In this document: positions 36,621 through 46,016 of the stretch, piece after piece | How the letters are laid out: every line of letters begins with the position of its first letter | Numbering within the stretch: position 1 is the first letter of the stretch | Notes under the pieces: generated by a model | The model's database searches: none | What the model was told of the DNA's origin: nothing | What the model saw: the letters and a program-made list of their open reading frames with translations, nothing else | IMG/VR virus record: IMGVR_UViG_3300045988_103765 | Length of the DNA: 64,000 nucleotides | Direction: 5' to 3' (one strand) | DNA from: a virus | Position numbers and translations under genes: made by a program

Positions 36621-37018
36621 AGCATATCTTCCCAATTAATTACAACTCCCTTAGCAGAGCATAGGGAATAGAAATAACGGAAAGCCATTTCCGGACTGCC
36701 ATCTGCATCCCCTAAGTAATCCTGCACAAATTTGCAAAGCACTTGTTCATTTGCTAATGAAGAGCCAAGATAATCAGATTTTGCCATTGCAAAAATATAG
36801 CATGCGTTATAGCCATTATCGTTTTCTAAGGTCAAGTTATACTTCTTCATCAAAGCGTAAACCTCCTCCTTAGACAATGGAGTGACGGGCTGTCTACCTT
36901 TCATCATTGAAACGGCAAATTCATATAATTTCTTGCTGAAATTCATTCCATTAGTAGCAAGATAAGTCTTTAAACCTTCGGGGATATTGCTATATACATC
37001 AAAAGGAACATTCTTCAT
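36617..37018 (-). CDS. Hypothetical protein (133 aa)
   Basis: ORF convergent with the AP2 gene. No motif recognised. Confidence 0.5.
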   Translation of the reverse strand: MKNVPFDVYSNIPEGLKTYLATNGMNFSKKLYEFAVSMMKGRQPVTPLSKEEVYALMKKYNLTLENDNGYNACYIFAMAKSDYLGSSLANEQVLCKFVQDYLGDADGSPEMAFRYFYSLCSAKGVVINWEDML

Positions 37019-37079
37019 AATTTGAATATTTATTAGTTAAACAAAAGGGGAGAATAATCTCCTCCCCTCTACTACATTA

Positions 37080-37313
37080 TCAACGACGGCGACGGCGACC
37101 TCTACGCTCGCTCATACGGTCTTCCCGGTCATAATCACGGTCGTAGTCTCTATCGTACTCGCGTCCGTAATCTTCACGACGTTCACCCATTTCTTCCATT
37201 TCGTCCAAAAGGGTTTCAAAGTCTTCCTTCAAGCACTTCATGCTCTCTTTGAAGTTATCGTAGGCATCTTTGACACCACCACGACCTCTTTGAGAAATTT
37301 CTATCATTCCCAT
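37080..37313 (-). CDS. Small highly charged protein with YDRD repeats and poly-Arg tail
   Basis: 77 aa ending REYDRDYDRDYDREDRMSERRGRRRRR. Confidence 0.5.
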   Translation of the reverse strand: MGMIEISQRGRGGVKDAYDNFKESMKCLKEDFETLLDEMEEMGERREDYGREYDRDYDRDYDREDRMSERRGRRRRR

Positions 37314-37318
37314 ACTAT

Positions 37319-37852
37319 TTACGTTTTAGATGTTGTTTTACTGTTTCTGTTAGAACTATTCAGTTCTTGAAGCAGGGACTTGATGTCATTCAAATCACCT
37401 TTTAAAGATTTAACTTCTGATTCTAAAGAACCGATTTTCTCTTCCTGCTGTTTCTCTTTGGCAAACTGAGGATTGAGTTGTTTCAATATATCATCGCAGC
37501 TTTCTATTACAGATTGGTGGTAATCTCTACTTTCCACTATCTGACGGCTGGTCTGAATCATATTCTCAACCTCTGAAAGAATTGCTTCCTTCTTGTCCGA
37601 TACAATAGCATTAGGATAGGTAAATACCTCCACATTTGTAGGAAGCTTCTGAAATTCCATAACCTCTTCACCAGCCTTTATCTTCGCATCTATAACTGTT
37701 TCCTGCTGTGCTCCAAAAGGTACAGAAGGATTATAGGTAGGATATTTAGGCATAGGATTAGATACGGATTCAACCGTTCCTATCTTCAATATTGGTTTCT
37801 CACCTTTGATAAGAATATAGCAAATATTCCCTTGCTTTAATGAACCAAACAT
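37319..37852 (-). CDS. Hypothetical protein (177 aa) with C-terminal coiled coil
   Basis: ORF tightly packed in the minus-strand operon. No motif recognised. Confidence 0.5.
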   Translation of the reverse strand: MFGSLKQGNICYILIKGEKPILKIGTVESVSNPMPKYPTYNPSVPFGAQQETVIDAKIKAGEEVMEFQKLPTNVEVFTYPNAIVSDKKEAILSEVENMIQTSRQIVESRDYHQSVIESCDDILKQLNPQFAKEKQQEEKIGSLESEVKSLKGDLNDIKSLLQELNSSNRNSKTTSKT

Positions 37853-37870
37853 AGTCTAAACTTTTAATTG

Positions 37871-38413
37871 TTACTTACTCTTTGCCGATGAAGCAGATGC
37901 AGACTGATTAGCTGCTGTAGCTCCTGCCGGACTGTTGATTGCCGTTACTCCCATAAGTCTGAATATTCCACAGCATTTGTCAATATAGACAAAATGTTCA
38001 GTAGTATATCCTGCTTGAATTTGTGGCGCTGGTGCGGCTGTACCTTGCGGAACAGTTACATCATGCCCAAGAACTTGCGTAGACTTATTGTCAATAACTG
38101 GAATTTTAGTCGTTCCCACATTGCTATTCTCTGAAACTACTGTACTGTTTCGGTTTGCCATCGGAACAACTACATTAACGGGTAATGTAGCTCCTGCTGT
38201 ACTAACCGGGTGACGAACTTTCCAAAGAACTACTGTGCGGTTTGGAAGGGCACGCCAGATACATGGGTTAATCCCATAATTTACCGTAGGAGTAGCTTCA
38301 TCTGTAGTTTCTACATATCCCGAAGTTTCAATTACGGGAATACCTGCAACGTCTATTTTGGGCACAATTACCCTTCTTGCTACGGAAACACCATTGTTAA
38401 AATAGGTAGTCAT
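37871..38413 (-). CDS. Hypothetical protein (180 aa)
   Basis: ORF in the same operon. Thr/Val/Ala-rich with a low-complexity C-terminal tail. Confidence 0.5.
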   Translation of the reverse strand: MTTYFNNGVSVARRVIVPKIDVAGIPVIETSGYVETTDEATPTVNYGINPCIWRALPNRTVVLWKVRHPVSTAGATLPVNVVVPMANRNSTVVSENSNVGTTKIPVIDNKSTQVLGHDVTVPQGTAAPAPQIQAGYTTEHFVYIDKCCGIFRLMGVTAINSPAGATAANQSASASSAKSK

Positions 38414-38468
38414 ATTCCTTGTTTTTAAGAGTTAATATTATAGGGGACACAAAGCCCCCTATGGATTA

Positions 38469-39380
38469 TTAGCCATTGCAACCACAACCGTCATTATAAC
38501 CAAACGGATAACCATTGCCATAGAAGCCACCATTACAGCCCCACGGGTTGCAAGTTATGAAGGCAGGGGTTGGACAAGGACGCAACTTATCCACCAAGTT
38601 TTGTGTCTGTTGCTGTGTCAAAGCTGACATCTGATAACCTTGCTTCTCGTCACGTAACTGCTGGATTTCACGCTGCATTTCACGCATTTCAAGCTGACAG
38701 AACTTATCATTAATGATAGCACTTTGAGCGTCAATCTTACTTGCAATGATGTTGAACTGAGTATTAGCATTAGACTTCAAATCATCTGTCTGGTTGATTG
38801 TAGCAAGTCTATTTTCATATCCTTGACGTTCGATGGCGGTCTTCACATCGCAGCAGCACTGTGCCATCTGACTTGCGATTGAGGCGTTGCCAGCTTGAAT
38901 AGCGTTGATAATCTGCTGTGAAGAAAGACCTACTTGACAGCCAACTTCTGCAACTTTAGCACTTACACCGTTGATAGCTTGCTGAATCTGACCTACTGAA
39001 CAGTTCAAGTTAGTAGCCAGATTGTTGATAGCTTGACCGTTGCCTTGAATTGCGCTCATAAGTAACTCACGACCATTATCGTTGTTGATGAGGTTAGCAA
39101 GCCCAGCACCAGACGGACAACCACCTTCATTGCCACCGCCAAAGCCGTTACCCCAGCCTCCGCGTCCCATCAAAGGGAATAAGAAAAAGAGGAAAATCAC
39201 CCAAAGTAGCCACGAACCATCTCCACCGAACCCGTTATTGCCGTTCTTACCGTTCAATGCAACCAACAAGTTCGGGTCAATACCTCTCTGTTGCAACAGA
39301 GGAGCAAGCATTGCCATCATTCCGTTACCGCCAGCCATACCGCTATCTGGCGAGTAAATTACAGTTTTACTTTCAGACAT
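38469..39380 (-). CDS. Gly/Asn/Cys-rich membrane protein (303 aa)
   Basis: Transmembrane segment WLLWVIFLFFLFPLM flanked by GNG/GFGG repeats, then a central Gln-rich helical region. The tail is Cys/Gly-rich: CNPWGCNGGFYGNGYPFGYNDGCGCNG. Confidence 0.55.
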   Translation of the reverse strand: MSESKTVIYSPDSGMAGGNGMMAMLAPLLQQRGIDPNLLVALNGKNGNNGFGGDGSWLLWVIFLFFLFPLMGRGGWGNGFGGGNEGGCPSGAGLANLINNDNGRELLMSAIQGNGQAINNLATNLNCSVGQIQQAINGVSAKVAEVGCQVGLSSQQIINAIQAGNASIASQMAQCCCDVKTAIERQGYENRLATINQTDDLKSNANTQFNIIASKIDAQSAIINDKFCQLEMREMQREIQQLRDEKQGYQMSALTQQQTQNLVDKLRPCPTPAFITCNPWGCNGGFYGNGYPFGYNDGCGCNG

Positions 39381-39478
39381 AATATTATGATTTTAATTGT
39401 TAATTGCCCCAATATTAGGGCTTGACAAATTAACGGTGAAGTTTGTTACTAAAAGAATAGTTTGTATCAAGTTCGGAA

Positions 39479-39778
39479 CTAATCGCCATTTCGGAACACT
39501 GCAAACGCTCTTTCTTTAGATTCTTGATATTGGCAGTTGACATTGTAACGTTTAAGACGGGATTTGAACTTATTCCTAATCTTATTTGTACAAGGACGAG
39601 ATAAGCCAGTAAGCTCGGCTATCTCATTGTCTGTGTACCATTCTCCCAAGATGCTGACAAGAATATAACGAGCATTCACACATTCCTCCTTCTTTGAGGA
39701 TATGATTTTCTCTTTGCTGACCTTGCAACAATCACTTACAATGCCGAGTGTTTCTTGATAAAGATTGATAATTTTCAT
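39479..39778 (-). CDS. DnaA domain IV-like helix-turn-helix protein
   Basis: 99 aa. ISSKKEECVNARYILVSILGEWYTDNEIAELTGLSRPCTNKIRNKF resembles the DnaA C-terminal domain. Confidence 0.5.
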   Translation of the reverse strand: MKIINLYQETLGIVSDCCKVSKEKIISSKKEECVNARYILVSILGEWYTDNEIAELTGLSRPCTNKIRNKFKSRLKRYNVNCQYQESKERAFAVFRNGD

Positions 39779-39927
39779 AAGGACTTCTTCTTTTTAGGTT
39801 TTGAAACTGTTTCTATCAATTCGTTGGAAAGATTGTGTAGCTTATGTAAAGGAGTATAATCTTCCATCTGGTCCAATATCATAAGACCCCTCAATTTCCT
39901 AACTGTTTCTTTCTTCGGTTTTCCCAT
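39775..39927 (-). CDS. Small basic protein (50 aa), not in the ORF track
   Basis: Encodes MGKPKKETVRKLRGLMILDQMEDYTPLHKLHNLSNELIETVSKPKKKKSL. Its stop overlaps the next start (ATGA). Confidence 0.45.
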   Translation of the reverse strand: MGKPKKETVRKLRGLMILDQMEDYTPLHKLHNLSNELIETVSKPKKKKSL

Positions 39928-40002
39928 ACAAGTATTGTTTTGGTTTGTGCAAAGTAAGTCCTATTCACGCGGAGAACCGAATGAACTTTACGAAGTCCAA
40001 AT

Positions 40003-40035
40003 AAAAAGCCGTAATGTATTGGAACACTACGGCTT
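40003..40035 (-). terminator. Rho-independent terminator after the resolvase gene
   Basis: An 8-bp stem AAGCCGTA/TACGGCTT, followed by a U-run on the minus strand (A5 on the plus strand at 40003..40007). Confidence 0.55.
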
Positions 40036-40067
40036 ACACGAATAACTAATTTATGAAGTAAAAAAAA

Positions 40068-40556
40068 CTAAAAGTGGTTGCGTCGGGCATATTCTGCAAT
40101 TAGAATGCCATCTCTATCTGGGTGTTTAATATTATCAAACTGTGGAAACAAGCGGTTTCCTATATCTAAAGAAGCCTTTTTAAGCTCTTCCCCACTACAG
40201 CCCTTTGGAAGAAGTTCTTTTTGCCATTCCTTAGAATCTACAAACATGTGGCGAATACCCATTACTTCAATCATAATAAGCTCTGCCTCATGGCAACGTA
40301 ACGCTGATGCAGTAGATGCAAAGCGGCTTGGATTTACAAGAGGACGCTCCATCAGAAGCGTAATGTCATTCTTGTTGTATTTGGAAAAAAGTTCCATGAA
40401 TTTGCTGTAATCCAACCGGGACACTTCTTTCTTTGCCTTTGTATAATCTTGCACCTTCTTGACGGGTGTCTTGCAAAAAAAAGATTCAATATCATCTCCG
40501 ACAATACCGATGCTGCCGGAAACACCATTATCTAAACCAACGTAAATTCTGCCCAT
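40068..40556 (-). CDS. RuvC-like Holliday junction resolvase
   Basis: Start set at MGRIYVGLDNGVSGSIG (catalytic Asp in GLD). Also contains LMERP and a C-terminal DRDGILIAEY, typical of phage RuvC-fold resolvases. Confidence 0.7.
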   Translation of the reverse strand: MGRIYVGLDNGVSGSIGIVGDDIESFFCKTPVKKVQDYTKAKKEVSRLDYSKFMELFSKYNKNDITLLMERPLVNPSRFASTASALRCHEAELIMIEVMGIRHMFVDSKEWQKELLPKGCSGEELKKASLDIGNRLFPQFDNIKHPDRDGILIAEYARRNHF

Positions 40557-40701
40557 ATCATTTCGCTTTAAATTTCCACAAAGATACAAACTTTTTTAAA
40601 ACTTCAAAAGAAAAAGCCTCGGATTAACCGAAGCTTCCCCAAATGATATGAAGTTGGTCGCAACACGCACAGTCACGTATTACTCTGCAAATATAAGCAT
40701 A

Positions 40702-41550
40702 TTACTTCTTGCTACCAACGTTTTCATCAACTATTTTAGCATCATCAAACATTGCTGCTACCTTTGATGCTTTATCCTTATCAATCAAAGGCTCGTCACC
40801 AGCAACATCTACATAATCCGGAGTATCTGCACTGCGGAATATAGCTTGGTCATCCCGTATAGCATTCTGCATTTCAACTGACAATGGAGCTTTCCGAGAT
40901 AAGTGCAACTTAATTATGGTCTTTCGGCACATTTCATGGAAATCAGTTACCCATTTTGAACTGTCACGCACATTAGCATACTGACTTTTATATGTCTGCG
41001 AATAGCGCAGACCGTGAGCTTTCAGTTCCTCTACTGACATATATAATGTGCTCTCAAATCCGTTCAAAAGCTGGAAGTAAGATACATAACCGATAATGGG
41101 AAGTTCAGAACGCCTTTTATCGTCTTGTTCAAAATTAAAATCTATTTGACCCGTCAATCGGTTGCGGTTTATAAGCTCTCCTTCTCGTACATCTGTACAA
41201 TTAATGCACTTGAACTGACCGCTTCGCAATGCCAACTGCACATAAGCCTTATACCCAATCTGAAATTGCGCTTCCGTAATACCTAACTTATTGTTCTTGT
41301 AAGGTATCAGATAAGCACAACCGAAAGATGGGTCAAGCGGCAAATCGGATGCAGTAGCACGAATAGCACCATACATAAGCGTTGCTGGCTCACATTCCTG
41401 CAATTTTGCATTGTTAGCTACTAAAGATACCAAGTTGCTTACAAAAGCATCCTTTTTATCACTCAATACCTTTTTCAAATACTCTTGGGTTGCATTGTGG
41501 GATATGTAGCTATTCAGCCTTTGCAATCCCGTTACTTTGTTCTCGCTCAT
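40702..41550 (-). CDS. recT: RecT-family single-strand annealing protein
   Basis: 282 aa. The segment GCAYLIPYKNNKLGITEAQFQIGYKAYVQLALRSGQF is RecT-like. It is adjacent to the exonuclease and SSB genes. Confidence 0.75.
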   Translation of the reverse strand: MSENKVTGLQRLNSYISHNATQEYLKKVLSDKKDAFVSNLVSLVANNAKLQECEPATLMYGAIRATASDLPLDPSFGCAYLIPYKNNKLGITEAQFQIGYKAYVQLALRSGQFKCINCTDVREGELINRNRLTGQIDFNFEQDDKRRSELPIIGYVSYFQLLNGFESTLYMSVEELKAHGLRYSQTYKSQYANVRDSSKWVTDFHEMCRKTIIKLHLSRKAPLSVEMQNAIRDDQAIFRSADTPDYVDVAGDEPLIDKDKASKVAAMFDDAKIVDENVGSKK

Positions 41551-41932
41551 ATTCTTTTAAAATTAATTGATATTGTTCTTCTGTAAATTCCTTCCAGTCT
41601 AAAATCATAACCCTATACCCAGTTTCCTTCTCTATAAGATTACGGTAATACTCCACATTGAAAAAATCATCTTCTTTAGGTAGAAATAAAGAAGCTTGAC
41701 CTCTACTATGATAATAGACAATGTACCAATAAGAAACGGCAGGAGCATCAATACATGAATATACTACACTGCCAATATAACCTAAAAAGAGAATGCCTAA
41801 GACTATCCATACTAATGTACTACTAATGGAGTAAAGAAGATGTCCTATGCAAAGCACACCAATTATAGACAATATGATAAAGAGGAGAGAAACTATCTCT
41901 TTCCCCACAGCCTTTATAATCTTACTTTTCAT
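41510..41932 (-). CDS. Membrane protein (140 aa, 2-3 TM)
   Basis: Hydrophobic N-terminal half (IVSLLFIILSIIGVLCIG, LVWIVLGILFLGYIGSVVY). Overlaps both neighbours. Confidence 0.5.
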   Translation of the reverse strand: MKSKIIKAVGKEIVSLLFIILSIIGVLCIGHLLYSISSTLVWIVLGILFLGYIGSVVYSCIDAPAVSYWYIVYYHSRGQASLFLPKEDDFFNVEYYRNLIEKETGYRVMILDWKEFTEEQYQLILKEYEREQSNGIAKAE

Positions 41933-42905
41933 CCTTCACCTCCTTAGTCTTAATCAGTACATAACCTTTCTTCTTGACTTCCTTCTGGTATTTAGCAAGC
42001 AGTTCGGGATGCTCAGAAGCAAACTTTACCTTATCGAATTGCATAGATATGGCTTCATCTACTCTACTAATAGTGAAATAGGGGGTCTTTACGCTCTTGA
42101 TTTCATTCTTGCACAAGAAATCATAGAAACGGGATTTAAATTCCTCTATGCTGTCCTGCTTCTCCTTTATTGAAACAAGGATATTGTTTACTTGCTTCAT
42201 CTGTTCTTGAACCTCGGCAGGCAAATAATCCCAATCTATTTCCTCACGTTTGTATTCAGTCATTTCGGACACGTACTGGGCGGCAATATCCATGCCAGAG
42301 GAAATATCAAATACTGGCTTCTTGAATATCACTTTCTTTCTGCTTATCTTATCGGGGTCAAAGGCAAACTGTAGCTGAAATTCGTCCTCAAACATAACAG
42401 AAGCATCATAGTGGCAAAGTTCAAGCTTGAAATCAGCACCTAACTGCTCTGCCAATTCCTTACCAAGCACATACTCAACATAAAGTTGTTCCTTATAATC
42501 TTTATAAGTCTGCTCGATGTCAGTAGTAGTAGCCTTACATTCGACCCATAAGAGCAATGGCTTATCCCTACTCTCGTCAAAAAGAGAGAAATCAATATGC
42601 ACGAGCAAACCAAGTCCTTCACGCCCGTATTTCTGACTTCTAAAGCATTTATTGCTCTCCCAACGCTCATCTACTTGCACCAAGCTGTCATAAATCATAT
42701 TTTCTATGAAATCACCGTACTGCATGGCAATATTAGTAATGTTTGGTCTTTCATACAGACCTTTGGCAATGGCAAGACGCTCTACTTGTGCTCTTTGAAC
42801 ACAACCGTTCTTGGCTATAGCGGCAAGAATACGGGCATCTGACCCACCGAGATTCCCAACTCTGGACGATATAATTTCGTCCTTGTAACCATAATTGTTC
42901 TCCAT
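41922..42905 (-). CDS. YqaJ-like / PD-(D/E)XK recombination exonuclease
   Basis: 327 aa. N-terminal GNLGGSDARILA (the YqaJ signature GGSDA), followed by HIDFSL...WVECKAT (a D...ExK nuclease core). Confidence 0.7.
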   Translation of the reverse strand: MENNYGYKDEIISSRVGNLGGSDARILAAIAKNGCVQRAQVERLAIAKGLYERPNITNIAMQYGDFIENMIYDSLVQVDERWESNKCFRSQKYGREGLGLLVHIDFSLFDESRDKPLLLWVECKATTTDIEQTYKDYKEQLYVEYVLGKELAEQLGADFKLELCHYDASVMFEDEFQLQFAFDPDKISRKKVIFKKPVFDISSGMDIAAQYVSEMTEYKREEIDWDYLPAEVQEQMKQVNNILVSIKEKQDSIEEFKSRFYDFLCKNEIKSVKTPYFTISRVDEAISMQFDKVKFASEHPELLAKYQKEVKKKGYVLIKTKEVKDEK

Positions 42906-42906
42906 A

Positions 42907-43143
42907 TCACTTCATTTTGTTAATAAATTGCATAATATCTTCCCTACTTACGTGACCTCTGCCTTTAGGCTGCAACAGCATATCCGCAAAGAGGTCTGCA
43001 ACAACATTGTTGATGAAATCGTGAAGTGTACGCTTAGTCACGCACTCCTCCGATTCAGACATCTCAATCTTAGACTTGATTTCTTTAAGAATTTCATTGT
43101 TCTCTTCCAGCAAAGCTAAAATTCTATCAATCTTCTCTTCCAT
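42907..43143 (-). CDS. Hypothetical small protein
   Basis: Start set at MEEKIDRILALLEENN to limit overlap with the upstream gene. Coiled-coil-like. Confidence 0.4.
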   Translation of the reverse strand: MEEKIDRILALLEENNEILKEIKSKIEMSESEECVTKRTLHDFINNVVADLFADMLLQPKGRGHVSREDIMQFINKMK

Positions 43144-43441
43144 TCTCCCATCGGTTAAAATGCTCCAATGCCCTGCTAAGTGTCTGACAACAAAAAGCAC
43201 TGACACCAAAATCGTTAGCTGTGGGATATAGAACTCTTGCCTCGTAATGAACTGTCTGACCGTTAAGAACTACATCAGTGTCGCTACATTCCCTACGTCT
43301 GAATACTTCATACCAGCGTACACTCGGATTCTCAATAATCTCAACCATATAAATATACGCATCGTTGCCTTTGCTAATCTGCTGGAAACGGAAAGGCTTC
43401 ATACTGCCCTTACCGTTAAATTTTAATTCCAACTCCCTCAT
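43127..43441 (-). CDS. Hypothetical protein (104 aa)
   Basis: ORF packed between the SSB gene and the downstream genes. No motif recognised. Confidence 0.5.
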   Translation of the reverse strand: MRELELKFNGKGSMKPFRFQQISKGNDAYIYMVEIIENPSVRWYEVFRRRECSDTDVVLNGQTVHYEARVLYPTANDFGVSAFCCQTLSRALEHFNRWENGRED

Positions 43442-43454
43442 AATAATCTATTTA

Positions 43455-43904
43455 TTAAAAGGGTAATCCGTCTGGGTCATTTTGGGAAGGCTGATTAAAG
43501 GCTTGTGCTGCTACTTGTTGAGCTTGCTTAATCTGCTGCTGTACGGCTGGGGCTGGCTGCTGCCCAGTAGTAGAAGCTTCCTTCTTTCCACGTTTTATCA
43601 AAACATGAGCATTGTTGGCAATGATACTCCAATATTTCACCTTTGTATCTTGGTTTATAGTAGAACGCATCATACCCGATACCCAAATACGACTACCTTT
43701 CTTAGCATATTGGCATATCTCCTCAGCATCCGCACCAAACAATGTAACATCGAAAAACTCTGGAATCCATTCCACATTAGGAGCTTTGCCTTTAGGATAG
43801 CTTGCGCATACTGTAATAAATGCAAAACTTTGACCGTTCTTACTTGTCTTCAATTCCGGGTCTTTAGTAAGATTTCCCTCTACTTCAATTCTATTTACGT
43901 CCAT
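43455..43904 (-). CDS. ssb: Single-stranded DNA-binding protein
   Basis: 149 aa. OB-fold-like N-terminus (VEGNLTKDPELKTSKNGQSFAFITV), a Gln/Ala-rich linker and an acidic tip DPDGLPF. Confidence 0.8.
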   Translation of the reverse strand: MDVNRIEVEGNLTKDPELKTSKNGQSFAFITVCASYPKGKAPNVEWIPEFFDVTLFGADAEEICQYAKKGSRIWVSGMMRSTINQDTKVKYWSIIANNAHVLIKRGKKEASTTGQQPAPAVQQQIKQAQQVAAQAFNQPSQNDPDGLPF

Positions 43905-43905
43905 T

Positions 43906-44151
43906 TTAATTCAAATTTATGTCAGTTTCAAACTTCTTTTCCAAATCATCTTCGCTCATAGATATTTCATTAAGCATACTCAAACATCTCAGAATATCCT
44001 TCTTTATAGATATGGCACAGTCAAAGTCTTCTTCACATCCATCCTTAACTGCTTGTGAGTACATCTCAAACATAGACTTTATCTCTGAGGTCTGAAATTT
44101 TACCAAATCCTCCAAATCATGGTGTAGAACCAATTTAGTTACTTCTTTCAT
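43906..44151 (-). CDS. Hypothetical protein (81 aa)
   Basis: Packed ORF. No motif recognised. Confidence 0.5.
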   Translation of the reverse strand: MKEVTKLVLHHDLEDLVKFQTSEIKSMFEMYSQAVKDGCEEDFDCAISIKKDILRCLSMLNEISMSEDDLEKKFETDINLN

Positions 44152-44193
44152 TTTTACATTTTTTATACTATAACTTTTAGTTATAATGGTTAG

Positions 44194-44826
44194 TTATTCT
44201 TGTCTTAACAATGCCTTAGCAATAATATCCGGGTCAATCAGCTTTTTTCCTAATTCCCGAATAGCCTTGTTGCACGCATCAGTATTCAAATCCACATCGG
44301 GAACTAAAGCCTTCATAAGCTCATTCATTAGCTGTGACATCTTATTCAAGTCTAAATGGGCAAATTTAAGCCTCTTGAACGAAGGGTCTTTGGCAATCAT
44401 CTCCTGCCTGCGGTACTTCAACTGGCAACAACTATAATCACACATAGTCCTTGCCATTTCCAGCCAACTGAAAAGCTCCGAATCCTCGACACAAGCCTTG
44501 TTATACTCACTTTTAATAGAATTAAACAGAGCATCGATTTCATCTTGAATAGCGTCCATGAAAATATCATTGGAATCGGCAAACTTAGCGGAAGAATCAG
44601 CCATCATAGCATTTATTACCTTCTCATATCTACTTCTTTCAAGCTCAACCTTATTCGCCAACTGCTTTACACGAAAGCGGTAAAAGGGACTTTTCCTTAA
44701 CCTAAACAGTGCAAATATCACTGTAGCACAAGCAAGGTCGTTAGTAGCCATAATATTATAGCTGACAGTGGATATTAGTGCTTCCCGTTCGGAAACAACT
44801 ACATGTGTATCTTCATATTCCTCCAT
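44194..44826 (-). CDS. Hypothetical protein (210 aa)
   Basis: Packed ORF. No motif recognised. Confidence 0.5.
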   Translation of the reverse strand: MEEYEDTHVVVSEREALISTVSYNIMATNDLACATVIFALFRLRKSPFYRFRVKQLANKVELERSRYEKVINAMMADSSAKFADSNDIFMDAIQDEIDALFNSIKSEYNKACVEDSELFSWLEMARTMCDYSCCQLKYRRQEMIAKDPSFKRLKFAHLDLNKMSQLMNELMKALVPDVDLNTDACNKAIRELGKKLIDPDIIAKALLRQE

Positions 44827-44827
44827 A

Positions 44828-45034
44828 TCACTTTTTTCTTATCTGTATGTAGCCACGTGCTTCGGCAACCTTCAAATCCGGAAGGTCACTTTCCTTAACA
44901 TCAACGGGTGTCTCACCATTGATGCTGATATAGTCAGAGAATCCGAAGCGCTTGACAATACGGTCATACATTCTTGGTGAACCATCGGAAGGCTTGTGCA
45001 TAGCCTCCTTGGTCCAGTAAATTATCAACTTCAT
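44828..45034 (-). CDS. Hypothetical protein (68 aa)
   Basis: Packed ORF. Its start overlaps the upstream stop. Confidence 0.45.
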   Translation of the reverse strand: MKLIIYWTKEAMHKPSDGSPRMYDRIVKRFGFSDYISINGETPVDVKESDLPDLKVAEARGYIQIRKK

Positions 45035-45414
45035 TTCTTTTTAACGTATTTCGCCATATATTTGGTCGGAAACAGCTTCATATCAAACAGCCATTTGATA
45101 ATCAGAATGACCGTTTCGCCAAAGCTGTCTACCGGATTGTGAAAGGAGATTAAAGTCTTCTCCCCATGCTTGGTCTTACGGGTATAGGACAAATTATACA
45201 CGTATGTCCCCTTACTTATGGTAAATGAGTATGTATAACCATCATCATCCACAATAAAGCCGGGAATCATGTCTATCAGACGCATCATACTCCAAAGAGG
45301 TATGTCACGTTCCTCGTCGTGCAAGGTCAAATCTGCCGTCCGAGGGTCAATACCCAATCCAAGAAGCAATTTGGACTGCATGACAGTAGTAGAGTTTGTA
45401 TTGAACATGTTCAT
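45031..45414 (-). CDS. Hypothetical protein (127 aa)
   Basis: Packed ORF. No motif recognised. Confidence 0.5.
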   Translation of the reverse strand: MNMFNTNSTTVMQSKLLLGLGIDPRTADLTLHDEERDIPLWSMMRLIDMIPGFIVDDDGYTYSFTISKGTYVYNLSYTRKTKHGEKTLISFHNPVDSFGETVILIIKWLFDMKLFPTKYMAKYVKKK

Positions 45415-45418
45415 AATC

Positions 45419-45784
45419 TCATTCTTTAATTAGTTTCATCCATTTATCTGAATCACACTCGTAAAAAAGATTGCATCCACGATAGCTTTTCCGAATACCC
45501 AAGCAAACACGGATAATAATTGACTTGGTAATGCCCAGCCTGCGAGCCATCTCCGTAGCGGAAGGGTAGTGACCCACAATCCGACCGTCCTTAATGACTA
45601 TTACAGCCTTCTGAAAATGAGGCATCTTGGTAGAACCGTCAGCTATCCTCTTTTTCATAATCTCCGACAGCTTCTTCTTAGTTTCCTCGGAACAAGGTCG
45701 CCCTCCAAATCTCAATCTGTGACCCTTGTTGAACTGCCCCTTGCAATTCCGGTCACGGTAAATAGGTTCTAAATATAACTCCAT
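45419..45784 (-). CDS. NUMOD3 + NUMOD1-like DNA-binding protein (homing-endonuclease DNA-binding module without a nuclease domain)
   Basis: 121 aa. GGRPCSEETKKKLSE is NUMOD3-like. YPSATEMARRLGITKSIIIRVCLGIRKSYRG is NUMOD1/IENR1-like. Confidence 0.55.
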   Translation of the reverse strand: MELYLEPIYRDRNCKGQFNKGHRLRFGGRPCSEETKKKLSEIMKKRIADGSTKMPHFQKAVIVIKDGRIVGHYPSATEMARRLGITKSIIIRVCLGIRKSYRGCNLFYECDSDKWMKLIKE

Positions 45785-45785
45785 A

Positions 45786-46016
45786 TCATTCTCTTAAATA
45801 GTCTTCAACATCAATACGACCCTTCTTGCACTCCGAACCGGAAACAATCAAGCTATCCAAAAAGGTTTCGCCATCGTCAAAGTGAAACGTCACAGATACG
45901 TCCCCGACCTCTATGTTGTCACTCGTATTGTCGTTACCGTATATAGCCTCTTGGCAAGCTTCAATGTAGCGAAGGCACTAGTGAAGGTCTATAGCTTGTT
46001 TAAAACTCAAATTCAT
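45786..46016 (-). pseudogene. 77-codon gene interrupted by an in-frame TAG at codon 13
   Basis: The ATG at 46016 overlaps the upstream gene by 17 nt. The reading is MNLSFKQAIDLH-TAG(45978..45980)-CLRYIEACQEAIYGNDNTSDNIEVGDVSVTFHFDDGETFLDSLIVSGSECKKGRIDVEDYLRE. The stop lies 1 nt before the next start. Confidence 0.5.

Noticed and set aside
45978-45980. Genome-wide TAG stop-codon reassignment, as reported for some gut phages
   Set aside because: TAG is the terminal stop of several long, well-delimited genes here (1258..1704; 3073..4239 and 4563..5717, both TAG followed by TAA; 61885..62229). The very long late genes contain no internal TAG. No suppressor tRNA was seen.
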